Positions 12,997 through 24,367 are shown, counted from the first letter of the stretch. The stretch: 36,003 bases of DNA from Octopus bimaculoides (GCF_001194135.2 NC_068982.1:51009069-51045071), one strand, 5' to 3'. A program made the numbers and translations. The notes: generated from the letters alone by a model not told the origin.

Positions 12997-13950
12997 CAGG
13001 GTGCGACGGGTAAATTATCACCATTTTATATTTTTTTATTTCGTACATGTGCATTATTTGTTTTTGATTTTCCCGACTACACGGTATAGTAGAGTCAGTT
13101 GAGAAACATCTGTGAGAAAAACAGCACCATGATGCAATTCACTCTGCCAGAAGTTTGGAAACGACATGCTGTACTGCTTGGCATTCGCTCCAGAATCTCC
13201 AATCCGAATATTTCAGAGTGTTTGGGTGTCAATCTGAGGACAATGCAGAGGATTTGGAAAGAGTTGGATGAGTTTAATGGTGATTACGAAAGTAAGGCAG
13301 CTCGGAAAACTCATTCTGATCGTCCTAATAAGAAAAGAACGCCTGAATTTGTTAGTGAGATCCAGGCCATGATTGACAACGCTCCCTCCAAGTCAATCAG
13401 GTCCATCGCCAGGGACATGAAAGTGTCTGAGTTTCTTATCAGACAGGTAGTGCATGAAGACATTCGGTATTCCTCATGCAAGATGAGAAAGGGCCAGTTT
13501 TTAACCCAAGCCATCAAGGACAAGAGGAGGTAGTGCTGCCATGAGTCAAGAGGGTGGTTGCTGGAAGACCCTATGTCTAGCAACAGGACTCTGCACCATG
13601 TCACACAAGCAGGAGAACCCAATCATAGATGTCAGACAATTTCTGCGACTACATCACCCCTAACATCTGGCCACCTAAATCCCCAGACTGCAACCTCCTT
13701 GATTATTATGTGTGGGGCGCAGTTGAGCGAGAGACCAACAAAACTCCTTGTAACACCAAAGACGAACTGAAGGCAAGGATTATGGCAGCACTCATCAACT
13801 TATACAAGGAGACCATCCAGAAGAGTTGCAAGAGATTCCGAAGTCGTCTGGAGGCTGTGGTTGAAGCCAATGGCGATTTTATTGAGTAAATTTACTTTTT
13901 ANNNNNNNNNNGAAGCCAATGGCGATTTTATTGAGTAAATTTACTTTTTA
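12997..13950 (+). mobile_element. maT/DD37D transposon relic with left TIR and internal deletion
   Basis: TIR-like CAGGGTGCGACGGGTAAATT at 12997; HTH N-terminus at 13132-13530. C-terminal QQDSAPCH...WPPKSPDCNLLDYYVWG has exactly 37 residues between D (13587) and D (13701). The first-D region is deleted; three stops; no right TIR seen. Confidence 0.9.
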
Positions 13951-14046
13951 GTATTTCAAGACAGACAGACAGACAGACAGACAGAGGGATGGCTGGATGG
14001 ATGGATATGTACGTGTGTGTATGCGTATATTTATATATATATATAT

Positions 14047-15030
14047 ATCAGGATATTAAGAATGAAATGTCCGATTTGGAACTGAATGTTTACTTTATCT
14101 CAACAAAAAGCAATGTAATTAATCAAAGTATGCACCTAAATTATCAACACAGTTTTGCCATTTTATCGGTGGCTTATTTATGCCGGCAGCGAAGTATTCT
14201 GGAGAGCAGGAGGTGATGAAATGACGAAAGTCTGTTTTTGCATCTTCTTCAGATTTGAAGTTTTTACCCTGCAAAATGTTGTCTAATGCCTGGGAAACGT
14301 AATAGCCAGTTGTTGCAATGTCTGGTTAATATGGTTGATGATAGAATACTTCCAAGTTCAGTTCCTGTAACATTCTTTGTGCAACATGTGGTTGAGCATT
14401 GTCTTGAAAAGGAATTGGCCTGTTTCTATTACCCAATCTCAGTTGTTTAATTGCAAGTTCACTCATCATTTCATCCAGTTGGTTGTTGAATACATCTTCT
14501 GTAATTGACTTACCAGGTCTCATGAAACTATAGTGGATGACATCAGCGCTGGACCACCAAACAAACACCATTAACTTTTTTTGGTAAATATTCTTTTTTT
14601 GGATTGTATTTTGATACTTCATTTCTATCCAACCACCATGCAGAACGTTTGCTATTGTTGAAAAGAATCCATCTTTCATCACACGTAACAATATGATGCA
14701 AAAATGGTTCGCTTTTATGCCGTGACAGCAAAGAACGGAAAGCTTCAAAATGATGAGTCATTTGATACTCGTTTAGTTCGTGTGGTACTCACTTGTCCAG
14801 CTTCTTTACCTTGCCGATTTGTTTCCGATGGTTCAATACATTTGGAATCGAAACATCAAGCCTTGCTGCTAACTCACGCGTAGTTTGAGATCTATCCGCC
14901 TCCACTACAGTTTTCAACACGTCATTATCCACCTTGGTCTCGGGGCTGCTTTTCATGAGTAAAGTCACTAGATGGTACCGTTTTGAATAATTAGCTGAGA
15001 AGGGGGCACTGTCCAAAACGGGATTACTTA
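14047..15030 (-). mobile_element. mariner (DD34D family) transposon relic
   Basis: Motifs *VPHEL (WVPHEL), IVTCDERWILF, QDNAQPH, HQPY*PDIA (YSPDL), ending GAYFD* at 14119-21. Several stops and frameshifts; TIR-like end near 14047-14078. Confidence 0.9.
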
Positions 15031-15593
15031 TTGGCTAGTGACTTGCTACATGATGCAGGTATTCATACTTAGGTAATTCAAGAGACACGATTTATTACTT
15101 CGACAATTAGCATTATCTCCTCTTTACTCTGTTCTTTTTGCATTGTATTGAAAGATTCTATGGTTATGCAATGGAATTATACTTTTCATATAAAACCTTG
15201 TTGAATAAACTGACTTACTCAGCAATTTCTTTTTCTAGTAATATTTGTTAAGGTTAAGTTTATCTTTACATGCAGGTTTGAATCAGACTGTAAATCTATC
15301 CCAGAAAGATTTTTACAATTGTTTGTAGTTGGTACTTATATGATATTGCGTTTTTGAAGTAGCCATGGGTAAATTCGCGGTTGTACTTATATTCAGCCAT
15401 GTAAAAAGTTGCTCCATCGGAGGAGAGACTGCTTATATGTTTACTTTTCGATATAGGCATTTGCTCAATAGCATTTAGTAATTGTGTAAAAGAAAATGAA
15501 GTAATTTAAGATAAAGTTATACATTGTATCCAGAAAGTTGGCAGATATCAAGCTGCTTTTTTATATCATTTCAAATTACTTTCAAATTAAAAG

Positions 15594-15736
15594 TAGCGAG
15601 CTGGCAGATCCATTAGCATACTGGACAAAATGCTTAGCAGCATTTCATCTGCCTTTAAGTCCTAAGCTCTAATTCCACGGAAGCTGACTTTGCCTTTCAT
15701 CTTTCAGGGTCGATAAAATAAGTACCAGTCAAGTAC
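15594..15736 (+). mobile_element. SINE family B, 3'-truncated
   Basis: GCGAGCTGGCAGATCCATTAGCA...TGACTTTGCCTTTCATCTTTCAGGGTCGATAAAATAAGTACCAG. Confidence 0.85.
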
Positions 15737-16455
15737 TTATTATTTTTCATACACGATTGCATTTTTGATTACTGTTTCACTTACAAACTGTGTCTGTAAA
15801 GTTCGTGTTAGCTGCTTAGATTTTTACTAACATTACCTAAGTATACCCATGACTATTGGTATAAAAGTGAATTCACAATCAGAATAGCGAAGTTGCAAGT
15901 TTTGAAACAGTCATTCGTAGATATTCTTCTTCTGGTTGATTTTGGGAGAGGTGTTTATATCTACCGGGTAGCTATCATTATACATGACTTTTTTTTTTCT
16001 GTCCCAAATAACTAAGTCTGGTCTCTTTTGATTCGATGTCAACGTTCACCAATATTCCCTGCGTTTATATGTACATGTGTAATCCATAGCAGAAATGCTT
16101 ATATTTATTCCAGAGCAATCTTTTCTGCGGATAGCATTCTGTATCATTTAAGCAACAACATAATGTCGCAATGAAAGGTAATACATCTATAAGGACATGT
16201 GTAATGTGCTTTATAGAAGAGTGACATAATCGTTATTTGCCGTTGCATCATGGGATTTTAAGCGCTTCGAAATGTGACTTGATTTAGAGGTCACGAGTAC
16301 AAGAGAGGCTACAGTTCGTGTTAATATTGTCTTCTCATAGGTTTACAGGAAACATAACGCATATGCATGTATATGTGCGACAAACAGACAGACCGAGAGA
16401 CAAACAGACAGACAGATAGATAGACAGACACACATACATATGTATGTATATATAC

Positions 16456-16494
<39 letters not shown>

Positions 16495-19400
16495 NNNNNN
16501 NNNNNNNNNNNNNNNNNNNNNNNNNNNNNNNNNNNNNNNNNNNNNNNNNNNNNNNNNNNNNNNNNNNNNNNNNNNNNNNNNNNNNNNNNNNNNNNNNNNN
16601 NNNNNNNNNNNNNNNNNNNNNNNNNNNNNNNNNNNNNNNNNNNNNNNNNNNNNNNNNNNNNNNNNNNNNNNNNNNNNNNNNNNNNNNNNNNNNNNNNNNN
16701 NNNNNNNNNNNNNNNNNNNNNNNNNNNNNNNNNNNNNNNNNNNNNNNNNNNNNNNNNNNNNNNNNNNNNNNNNNNNNNNNNNNNNNNNNNNNNNNNNNNN
16801 TATATAACGGAATTATATATATTTCGGGAATAAATGATGGATTTTTTCCCTTATGAGGTTTTTTTCACGCTAACTACTTGATAAATTCTTGTAAAAGAAT
16901 TCGTCCTATTATTGAATTTATATATATATATGTGTATGTATGTATGTATGTATGTATGTATGTATGTATGTATACATGTATGTACTACGCACGTATGTAC
17001 GTATGTATGAGAAAATTATATTTCTAAATCTTTACAGATGGAAATGAAATCTATGTTGTTTATTTTAAATATACTAATCTTTATTGAGTGAAGAGTAGGA
17101 AACAACCAAAACAAAATGTGCAATTCATGCCATAGATTTTGTTGTTGTACTCGCATGCTTTTATTTCTTTTTCTATGCTTAGAATAATTATAGCAGGTTG
17201 GCGTAAAATTAAGAGCTGATTATATTTTCATTTAACAGATTTGCATATTGCTTTAGAATAGTGCGCTTAAATATGATTAGAAAAATAAATAGATAAAAAT
17301 TGCTAAAAATTTCGATTATGGTACTCATTGGTTAAATGTAATTAAGATCTGACTCTAATTAAGTTTTAAAAGTGATTCTTTTTTTAATTTCAAAGAAGCT
17401 TTAAATTCGAAAGTTTTAAACTGATATCATGTAGCTGTACTATCCAGGTCAAACCCAATGCAGCGTAATCTAATTGATAATTAAATTAAATACTTATAAA
17501 TATGTACAATGTTGTGAAAGCTACATACGTACACAAGTGTATTTGTATATTGATTTCGTTTTGAAAAAGGGCTTACGAGGAGACAGCACATCAGATAAAT
17601 AGCACAAAACATATATACGTTGATATATATATATATATATATATACTGCTGTATTTCGGTAATTTTTTTTGTGTGCCAAATAAACACACGCACTATATAT
17701 TTTTTCTTCACTCGTTTATAAAATATATTATATNNNNNNNNNNNNNNNNNNNNNNNNNNNNNNNNNNNNNNNNNNNNNNNNNNNNNNNNNNNNNNNNNNN
17801 NNNNNNNNNNNNNNNNNNNNNNNNNNNNNNNNNNNNNNNNNNNNNNNNNNNNNNNNNNNNNNNNNNNNNNNNNNNNNNNNNNNNNNNNNNNNNNNNNNNN
17901 NNNNNNNNNNNNNNNNNNNNNNNNNNNNNNNNNNNNNNNNNNNNNNNNNNNNNNNNNNNNNNNNNNNNNNNNNNNNNNNNNNNNNNNNNNNNNNNNNNNN
18001 NNNNNNNNNNNNNNNNNNNNNNNNNNNNNNNNNNNNNNNNNNNNNNNNNNNNNNNNNNNNNNNNNNNNNNNNNNNNNNNNNNNNNNNNNNNNNNNNNNNN
18101 NNNNNNNNNNNNNNNNNNNNNNNNNNNNNNNNNNNNNNNNNNNNNNNNNNNNNNNNNNNNNNNNNNNNNNNNNNNNNNNNNNNNNNNNNNNNNNNNNNNN
18201 NNNNNNNNNNNNNNNNNNNNNNNNNNNNNNNNNNNNNNNNNNNNNNNNNNNNNNNNNNNNNNNNNNNNNNNNNNNNNNNNNNNNNNNNNNNNNNNNNNNA
18301 AAATTCCTGTGAAAAATGACCGTTAAACAAAGAGAAATTACTGTGTGGTTGACCGTCATTAAGACAAAAGAGCTATAGACCGCTAAGTAAGAGGAGGGGG
18401 TAAAAGTAAGGGAGTAGAGAAGTCTATAGTGTTCGCGTAAGCGCACCAATCCGTACACTCGCCTATATTTATATGCTAAACCACCCTCGCTTGAAACACA
18501 CACATGCTCACCCACATACTCGCCAAAAACTATACATATATATACATATACATATATATACCCGCATACACACCCACACTCACACGCACACAACAACCCC
18601 GCACCCATGCACACGCACGCAAAAATTTTTTTATAGGGCTAAAAGCAAAAACAGAAGAAAGTGTGGGAAAGCTATAAGGTTAAAACTTTTGTATCGTCTA
18701 TCTGTCCGGATATTTTATTGTCCTCTATTGAGTTTTTGTTCCATTTTATATATATATGAATCTTTTCTTTTTGGCTGCCACTTTTAAGTTTCTTCAATTT
18801 TTTGTTCCAGTTGATTTCATATTTGGCGTATTGGTGTAGTTTTGTACGGTAATCATTAGCATGAAATTCATTTTCGCCATAAATCAATAAATAAAGAGTT
18901 AATATATTTTAAAGTTTGCAAATTTGGGATAATTTTAGCCAGTCGAAAGCTATAGACATATAGGTTCTGTTCCCATACTAACAAACCAAGCTGTTACCAA
19001 GCTGCTTACCCTCGAGGTCCTTTTCGCTTAAGACACATGAGATATGAAGTGGTCATGAGCTGGACTAAAAATAATAGCCAAATAGGCCTTAAATCACACG
19101 CCAAATGTTTTTTTAAAATATAATCGTATGAATTCCTGTGTGTAAAATACAAATTCGTAAAAGATTTCTGAAAATTCCAAAAAGTAAAAAGGTTATGAGG
19201 GGTTATATATGACGTGCATAAAGCAGAATTCCGCCATTTCATTTCTCTACAGTTACAAATACGTGCAGCCACGCACAAAATGACAGCTTCGAAATCTTGT
19301 TTCCAAATCCAGCTTCTAAATCCTGTTATCAAATTTTAAACCTCTGTAACATTTTTTTTTTTTTTAATTTTTGGAAAAAGTGAATTATCCCCTGAGATTC

Positions 19401-19610
19401 AGTGTGGAAAATTAACATCAATATAACAAATTTTAAAATTTTCATTAAACTTTAAAATTTCCACAGATGCAGCCAAACAGAAAACATTCATATATATACA
19501 TATAGTGAGTTCGAACAAGAAAAACGACAAAAAAAAACTACAAAAAACAACAGCGCGAGGACGTGGGACAGATATTGTGTTACTGGACGCTCAGGAAAGG
19601 AAAGAAAGAG

Positions 19611-19646
19611 AATTTGACGTTTCGAGCAGAGCTCTTTGTTGAAAAT
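19611..19646 (-). ncRNA. Minimal type-I hammerhead-like scaffold, core box decayed
   Basis: Minus strand ATTT-TCAACAA-A-GAGC(TCT)GCTC-GAAAC-GTC-AAAT: 4-bp stem I, 4-bp stem II, GAAA and GUC present; CUGANGA is replaced by TCAACAA. Confidence 0.5.
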
Positions 19647-19714
19647 ATAGGAAAGTTCAAACGATATACACGAGGTTACATTATATATATATATAGACAC
19701 ATACACACAAGAGT

Positions 19715-19863
19715 TTTTCAGTTTCCATCTACGAAATGAAAACACAGGTTATAGTAGAAGACTATAGTAGAAGACACTTGGCCAAAGTGCCACACAATGG
19801 AGAACTGAAGCCGGAAACATGTGGTTGGGAAACAAGCTTCTAACCACACAACTACACCAGCGC
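19715..19863 (-). mobile_element. SINE family A head fragment
   Basis: Reverse complement GCGCTGGTGTAGTTGTGTGGTTAGAAGCTTGTTTCCCAACCACATGTTTCCGGCTTCAG...; contains a short tandem duplication of TATAGTAGAAGAC. Confidence 0.85.
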
Positions 19864-20291
19864 GTTTTAATGATTTTTTTTCTTTTCTGTGAATGAATGT
19901 AATGTATATATTTCTACACTTAGATTTCCAGTTTGAAGGTTCCACCACACATATTCACTGCTTTCTTCCCCCTCACACACGCACACACACACAGACACAC
20001 AATGAGAGAGAGCGAGAGCGAGATTACTCCCTATTACGTAAACTTCAATCTTCCAGCCATGTCACCTACGTACACCTTCCCTATATCAATGAAATAGCTA
20101 ACATCTCTAACCAGTCTACCTCTCTACTATACATCATACAATAACCTAAACTTAATCCCAAAGTTTTTATACAGCCACACCTTAAATTCCATCAACCATA
20201 GTAGGAGTTTTCCTTTTCTCTTTCCTATTTTCTTTTCTATTAATAGCCAAATTTCATTCTTAGAGAAGTACGATCAAAAAGAAAAAGAAAA

Positions 20292-20500
20292 TGAGCTGGC
20301 AAAACCGTTAGCACGCTGGGCGAAATTGGTAGCGGCTTTTCGCCCGTCTTTACGTTTTGAGTTCAAATTCCGTCGTGGTCGACTTTGCTTTTCATGCTTT
20401 CGGAGTCGAAAAAATAAGTATCAGTCAAACACTGGGGTCTATGTAATCAACTGATCCTCACCCCCAAAATGTCAGGCCTTGTGCCTTTAGTAGAAAGCAT
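20292..20500 (+). mobile_element. SINE family B, full length
   Basis: GAGCTGGCAAAACCGTTAGCACGC...GAGTTCAAATTCC...GGTCGACTTTGC...GGCCTTGTGCC. Confidence 0.9.
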
Positions 20501-20906
20501 TCTTATAAGGGTTTCAGTCGTAGGATGGTGGACATGCTGAGGTATCACCTTAAGTTATTTTGTTTTAGCTTTGTCGTCGGTATATGACTGGAAAGTTTCT
20601 ACCAGGCAAGTCTAGTGCAGATGCTGCTTTAGTCGCTGACGACCCGACTATGGACAGGTTGTACTAGATTCCATGTTACTAAAAGCACCCATAGAGACCT
20701 CACAAGTGACTTGACATACGAGCAACAGAATACATAATACGTTGGAGCAAAGTATGGCTGAACTTGGAATTTTGACGATATCTGAGACTATAAAATTCTA
20801 CAAGACCTTAAGATTTAAAGGATGATGGTTGAAACAAGATACTTTCCTTCACAACCTAAGTGGCCGATCAAAATTTACTCTTAATTAAAAAAAGAGAAAG
20901 AGAAGA

Positions 20907-21022
20907 ACATACATACATACATACATACATACATACATACATACATACATGCATACTTACATACATACATGCATACATACATACATACATACATACATAC
21001 ATACATACATACATACATACAT
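20907..21022 (+). repeat. (TACA)n microsatellite, about 29 units with few variants
   Basis: Read directly from sequence. Confidence 0.95.
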
Positions 21023-21465
21023 AGGCTGATTAGAAGACTACAGGTTCAAGCCATCAATGGAACTGTAAAGATATGTAAAACTTTCCAAAAATTTAGCACA
21101 TAAATACATATGCATGCATCTAGACATGAAAATATATACATAAAAACGCACACGTAAAACAAACATACAAATCTGCGCATAAATACATATGCATACGCCT
21201 AGACATGAAAATATATACATAATAACGCATCCATGAAACAAACATACAAATCTGCGCATACACTAACACCAAATACTGCACACACACACACATATGCACA
21301 AATACCTAGATGATGNNNNNNNNNNCAAATACTGCACACACACACACATATGCACAAATACCTAGATGATGTTGATAAAAGTTCCAATGAAGGAGCCTTG
21401 AATCTATGTTAGAGTCCGGCTCTTTCTCTATGGACAAGAAATACAGAAATGAAACTGATTGATAA
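21023..21465 (+). mobile_element. 5'-truncated 3' end of a probable RLE-class (R4/Dong- or NeSL-like) non-LTR retrotransposon
   Basis: 21023-21103 encodes RLIRRLQVQAINGTVKICKTFQKFST*, resembling the C-terminal GT-x-x-I helix of RLE-type ORFs (family assignment from memory). A UTR-like segment follows; (TACA)n lies on both sides. Confidence 0.5.
21099..21260 (+). repeat. Tandem repeat, 2 x 79 bp (8 mismatches)
   Basis: Units start at 21099 and 21178: CATAAATACATATGCAT...AAACATACAAATCTGCG. Confidence 0.9.
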
Positions 21466-21761
21466 CATACATACATACATACATACCATGCGTAGTAAAT
21501 TATCTTTAAAAATATATTTTATACCTTATATTAGCTAAATACAGAATTCAATATTCTAAGCAGAGTATGTTTATAGCAGATAAGTTGACAGCCTATTCAG
21601 AGTTTTGCTTCGGGATGCACCGTTCACTAGGAACAGTCGTGGACAGACCAGCAAGGAATGAAACAAGGAGTAAACTCTTGATATAATAATCACATATACA
21701 TACGTACACACATACATACATACATACATACATACATACATACATACACACACGCATATAC

Positions 21762-22144
21762 GTTGGCACTCCGTCGGTTACGACGACGAGGTTTCCAGTT
21801 GATCCGATCAGTGGAACAGCCTGCTCGTGAAATTAACGTGCAAGTGGTTGAGCACTCCACAGACACGTGTGCCCTTAACGTAGTTCTCGGGGAGATTCAG
21901 CGTGATACAGAGTATGACAAGGCTGGCCCTTTGAAATACAGGTTCAACAGAAACTGGGAGTAAGAGTGAGAGAAAGTTGTGGTGAAAGATTACAGCAGGG
22001 TTCGCCACCATCCCCCGCCGGAGCCTTGTGCAACTTTTAGGTGTTTACGCTCAATAAACACTCACAACGCCCGGTCTGGGAATCGAAACCGCGATCGTAC
22101 GACCGCGAGTCCGCTGCCCTAACCACTGGGCCATTGCATCTCCA
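21762..22144 (-). mobile_element. tRNA-headed SINE family C, well preserved, about 383 bp
   Basis: Reverse complement starts GTGGAGATGCAATGGCCCAGTGGTTAGGG (A box)...GGTTTCGATTCCC (B box); GC/CpG-rich body; ends GTAACCGACGGAGTGCCAAC next to (GTAT)n. Confidence 0.85.
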
Positions 22145-22805
22145 CACACGTATACATGTAGAAATAAAGAGTTGGGGAGGGAGGGAGACAGACAGACAGA
22201 CGCATTAACTATCATATTTCCTTTCTCAGTCAAGGTGATTTTGATTCTTCATCTCTTTCGTTAACTATTTTTTAATGGGAGTTTCTGTTTTCATTTCCTC
22301 TCTCATGATATTCATTGCCTCTTCCGCGCGTCTTCCTACTCCTTTTCATCCTCAATTCGCGCCAGTTACACTTCACCTTCTTACACTTTTTCCCTCTATG
22401 CCGTCTGATCACTCTCTTTGGCAATATATCTCTTCTGCTAGCTTCCTCTATGCTTATTTTTATCTCTTTCTTTCTTCCTTTCTTACTCTCTTTCTCTTTT
22501 TCTCTTTGTCACACTATCCTCTTTTGTTGTTGAGTGAGTGGATATATTTGTATTCTAACACATGTATCCACACACTGAAACCCGGTTTTGTAATGAATAA
22601 TGATTAAGTTAATGATATATATTCAAAAAAACATTCTAATTTGTATACGACAATACCGAATTTCAAGAAAACGGATGTACATTACTAATAATACTATAAA
22701 TAAAAAGCTATAAAAATATCAAGTTATTTATTTATGCACGCATAATCATGTATACAGGCGCTTAACATATAGAAATGTAAAGATGTGAATATATTTCCTT
22801 TCTAG

Positions 22806-22870
22806 GTTTATGTCCGACATGGGCAACTGTTTTCGAGAAGTGGGCCGCATGAGATATGGTTCATCATCTG
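22806..22870 (+). CDS. Speculative first coding exon, (MSD)MGNCFREVGRMRYGSSS
   Basis: Acceptor TTTCCTTTCTAG|, donor CTG|GTAGGC, ATG at 22819 in GACATGG context, GC higher than flanks. Confidence 0.3.
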
Positions 22871-23094
22871 GTAGGCCGTACAACGAAGAAAATTCAAGAT
22901 AATTTTCTTTAGACGTACTATTCAGAAAGATCTGAAGGCAGAAGTTTGCCCATGACTGGCCAATATGGTTAATCATAAATTGTTTGTGTGTGTGTGTGTA
23001 AGTGTGTGTCTGTGTGTGTCTGTGTGTGTGTCTGTGTGTGTGTCTGTGTCTGTGTCTGTGTGTCTATGTGTATGTACATGTTTGTGTGTCTGTG

Positions 23095-23285
23095 TTTGTC
23101 CCCCGCCATCGCTTGACAAGCGATATTGGTGTGTTTACGTGCCCGTAACTTAGCGGTTTGTGCAAAAGGAGGTGATCGAATAAGTACCAGGCTTACAAAG
23201 AATAAGTCCTGCAGTTGATTTGTTCGAGTAAAGGCAGTGCTCCAGCATGGCTGCAATCAAATGACTAAAATAAATAAAAGAATAG
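23095..23285 (+). mobile_element. SINE family A tail half, preceded by GT-rich linker
   Basis: TTGTCCCCCGCCATCGCTTGACAAGCG...CTTAGCGGTT...GCTCCAGCATGGCTGCAATCAAATGAC. Confidence 0.9.
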
Positions 23286-23287
23286 AA

Positions 23288-23319
<32 letters not shown>

Positions 23320-23321
<2 letters not shown>

Positions 23322-23540
23322 GGTTGTCCGGAAAGTTACTGCCAATTTACAGTAGCTTACCTTTCGACTTATTTGCCATGAAACCACCTCAATTCTGGGA
23401 AGAGGGTATTTTCAAGTTAAAGGAAAGATGGAGACGCATTGTGCAACAAAATGGTTCATATTTGGTTGATTAAAAATTTAATGGCACATATTTATTGACC
23501 TTTTTCTTTCCTTTAAAAATCGGCACGAACTTTCCGGACA
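23320..23540 (+). mobile_element. mariner-derived MITE (TIRs plus transposase C-terminal tail)
   Basis: Left TGTCCGGAAAGTTACTGCCAATTT versus reverse complement of right end TGTCCGGAAAGTTCGTGCCGATTT; interior FAMKPPQFWEEGIFKLKERWRRIVQQNGSYLVD*; inserted at (TA)n; right end runs into a gap. Confidence 0.85.
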
Positions 23541-23890
23541 NNNNNNNNNNNNNNNNNNNNNNNNNNNNNNNNNNNNNNNNNNNNNNNNNNNNNNNNNNNN
23601 NNNNNNNNNNNNNNNNNNNNNNNNNNNNNNNNNNNNNNNNNNNNNNNNNNNNNNNNNNNNNNNNNNNNNNNNNNNNNNNNNNNNNNNNNNNNNNNNNNNN
23701 NNNNNNNNNNNNNNNNNNNNNNNNNNNNNNNNNNNNNNNNNNNNNNNNNNNNNNNNNNNNNNNNNNNNNNNNNNNNNNNNNNNNNNNNNNNNNNNNNNNN
23801 NNNNNNNNNNNNNNNNNNNNNNNNNNNNNNNNNNNNNNNNNNNNNNNNNNNNNNNNNNNNNNTATATATATATTATTCAGAGGAAGATCA

Positions 23891-24035
23891 AGTGGCCTAC
23901 TACTCAGGCGTTCCCGCTTTTTTCTGGTAAGTTAGACTGAGACTTACTTATCCGATATACGACTTCGCTGAATCGGTCCGACATGTGTGAAGAAGTGATT
24001 TGCACACTGTGTATACTTCTGAGTAGCAGGCCACT
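23891..24035. repeat. 17-bp inverted repeat (16/17) around a ~110 bp spacer; possible small MITE
   Basis: AGTGGCCTACTACTCAG (23891-23907) versus CTGAGTAGCAGGCCACT (24019-24035). Confidence 0.7.
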
Positions 24036-24178
24036 GGACCGACCTAAATAACTGCTGCACACTATCCGTGTTTCACTCAAAAGTTATAAATTCCATATGA
24101 ATTTTTTGAGCTCCATTAGTGATTGTACTTTTAATAGGAAATTGACCTTTCTCATTGAACAACAATATCTCTTTTCAA

Positions 24179-24257
24179 CGTAAACATTCACATCCAGCAT
24201 CTCCACAAACACATTCAAACTTGTGTTTGTGTGTGTGTAAGAGAGAGAGAGAGAGAG

Positions 24258-24296
<39 letters not shown>

Positions 24297-24367
24297 GTGT
24301 GCATGCGTGTGTGTGTGCGTAAACATTCACATCCAGAATCTGCACAAACACATTCAAACTTGTGTGT
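24179..24367 (+). repeat. Direct repeat of a ~50 bp unit separated by (GA)n/(GT)n, period 139 bp
   Basis: CGTAAACATTCACATCCAG.ATCT.CACAAACACATTCAAACTTGTGT at 24179 and 24318. Confidence 0.9.

Noticed and set aside
13099-13889. Domesticated or active transposase
   Set aside because: First catalytic D deleted and three in-frame stops; the other transposase relics are likewise broken.
18440-18475. CCAAT plus TATA-like motifs
   Set aside because: Spacing is too short on the plus strand, and the better TATAAATA is on the opposite strand with CCAAT downstream.
22055-22144. Genuine tRNA gene
   Set aside because: The tRNA-like head continues into a SINE body; I could not fold a complete cloverleaf with an acceptor stem.
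22806-22870. VYVRHGQLFSRSG resembling the Helitron HGQLYVAxSR motif
   Set aside because: Only four residues match and there are no other Rep/helicase traces nearby.
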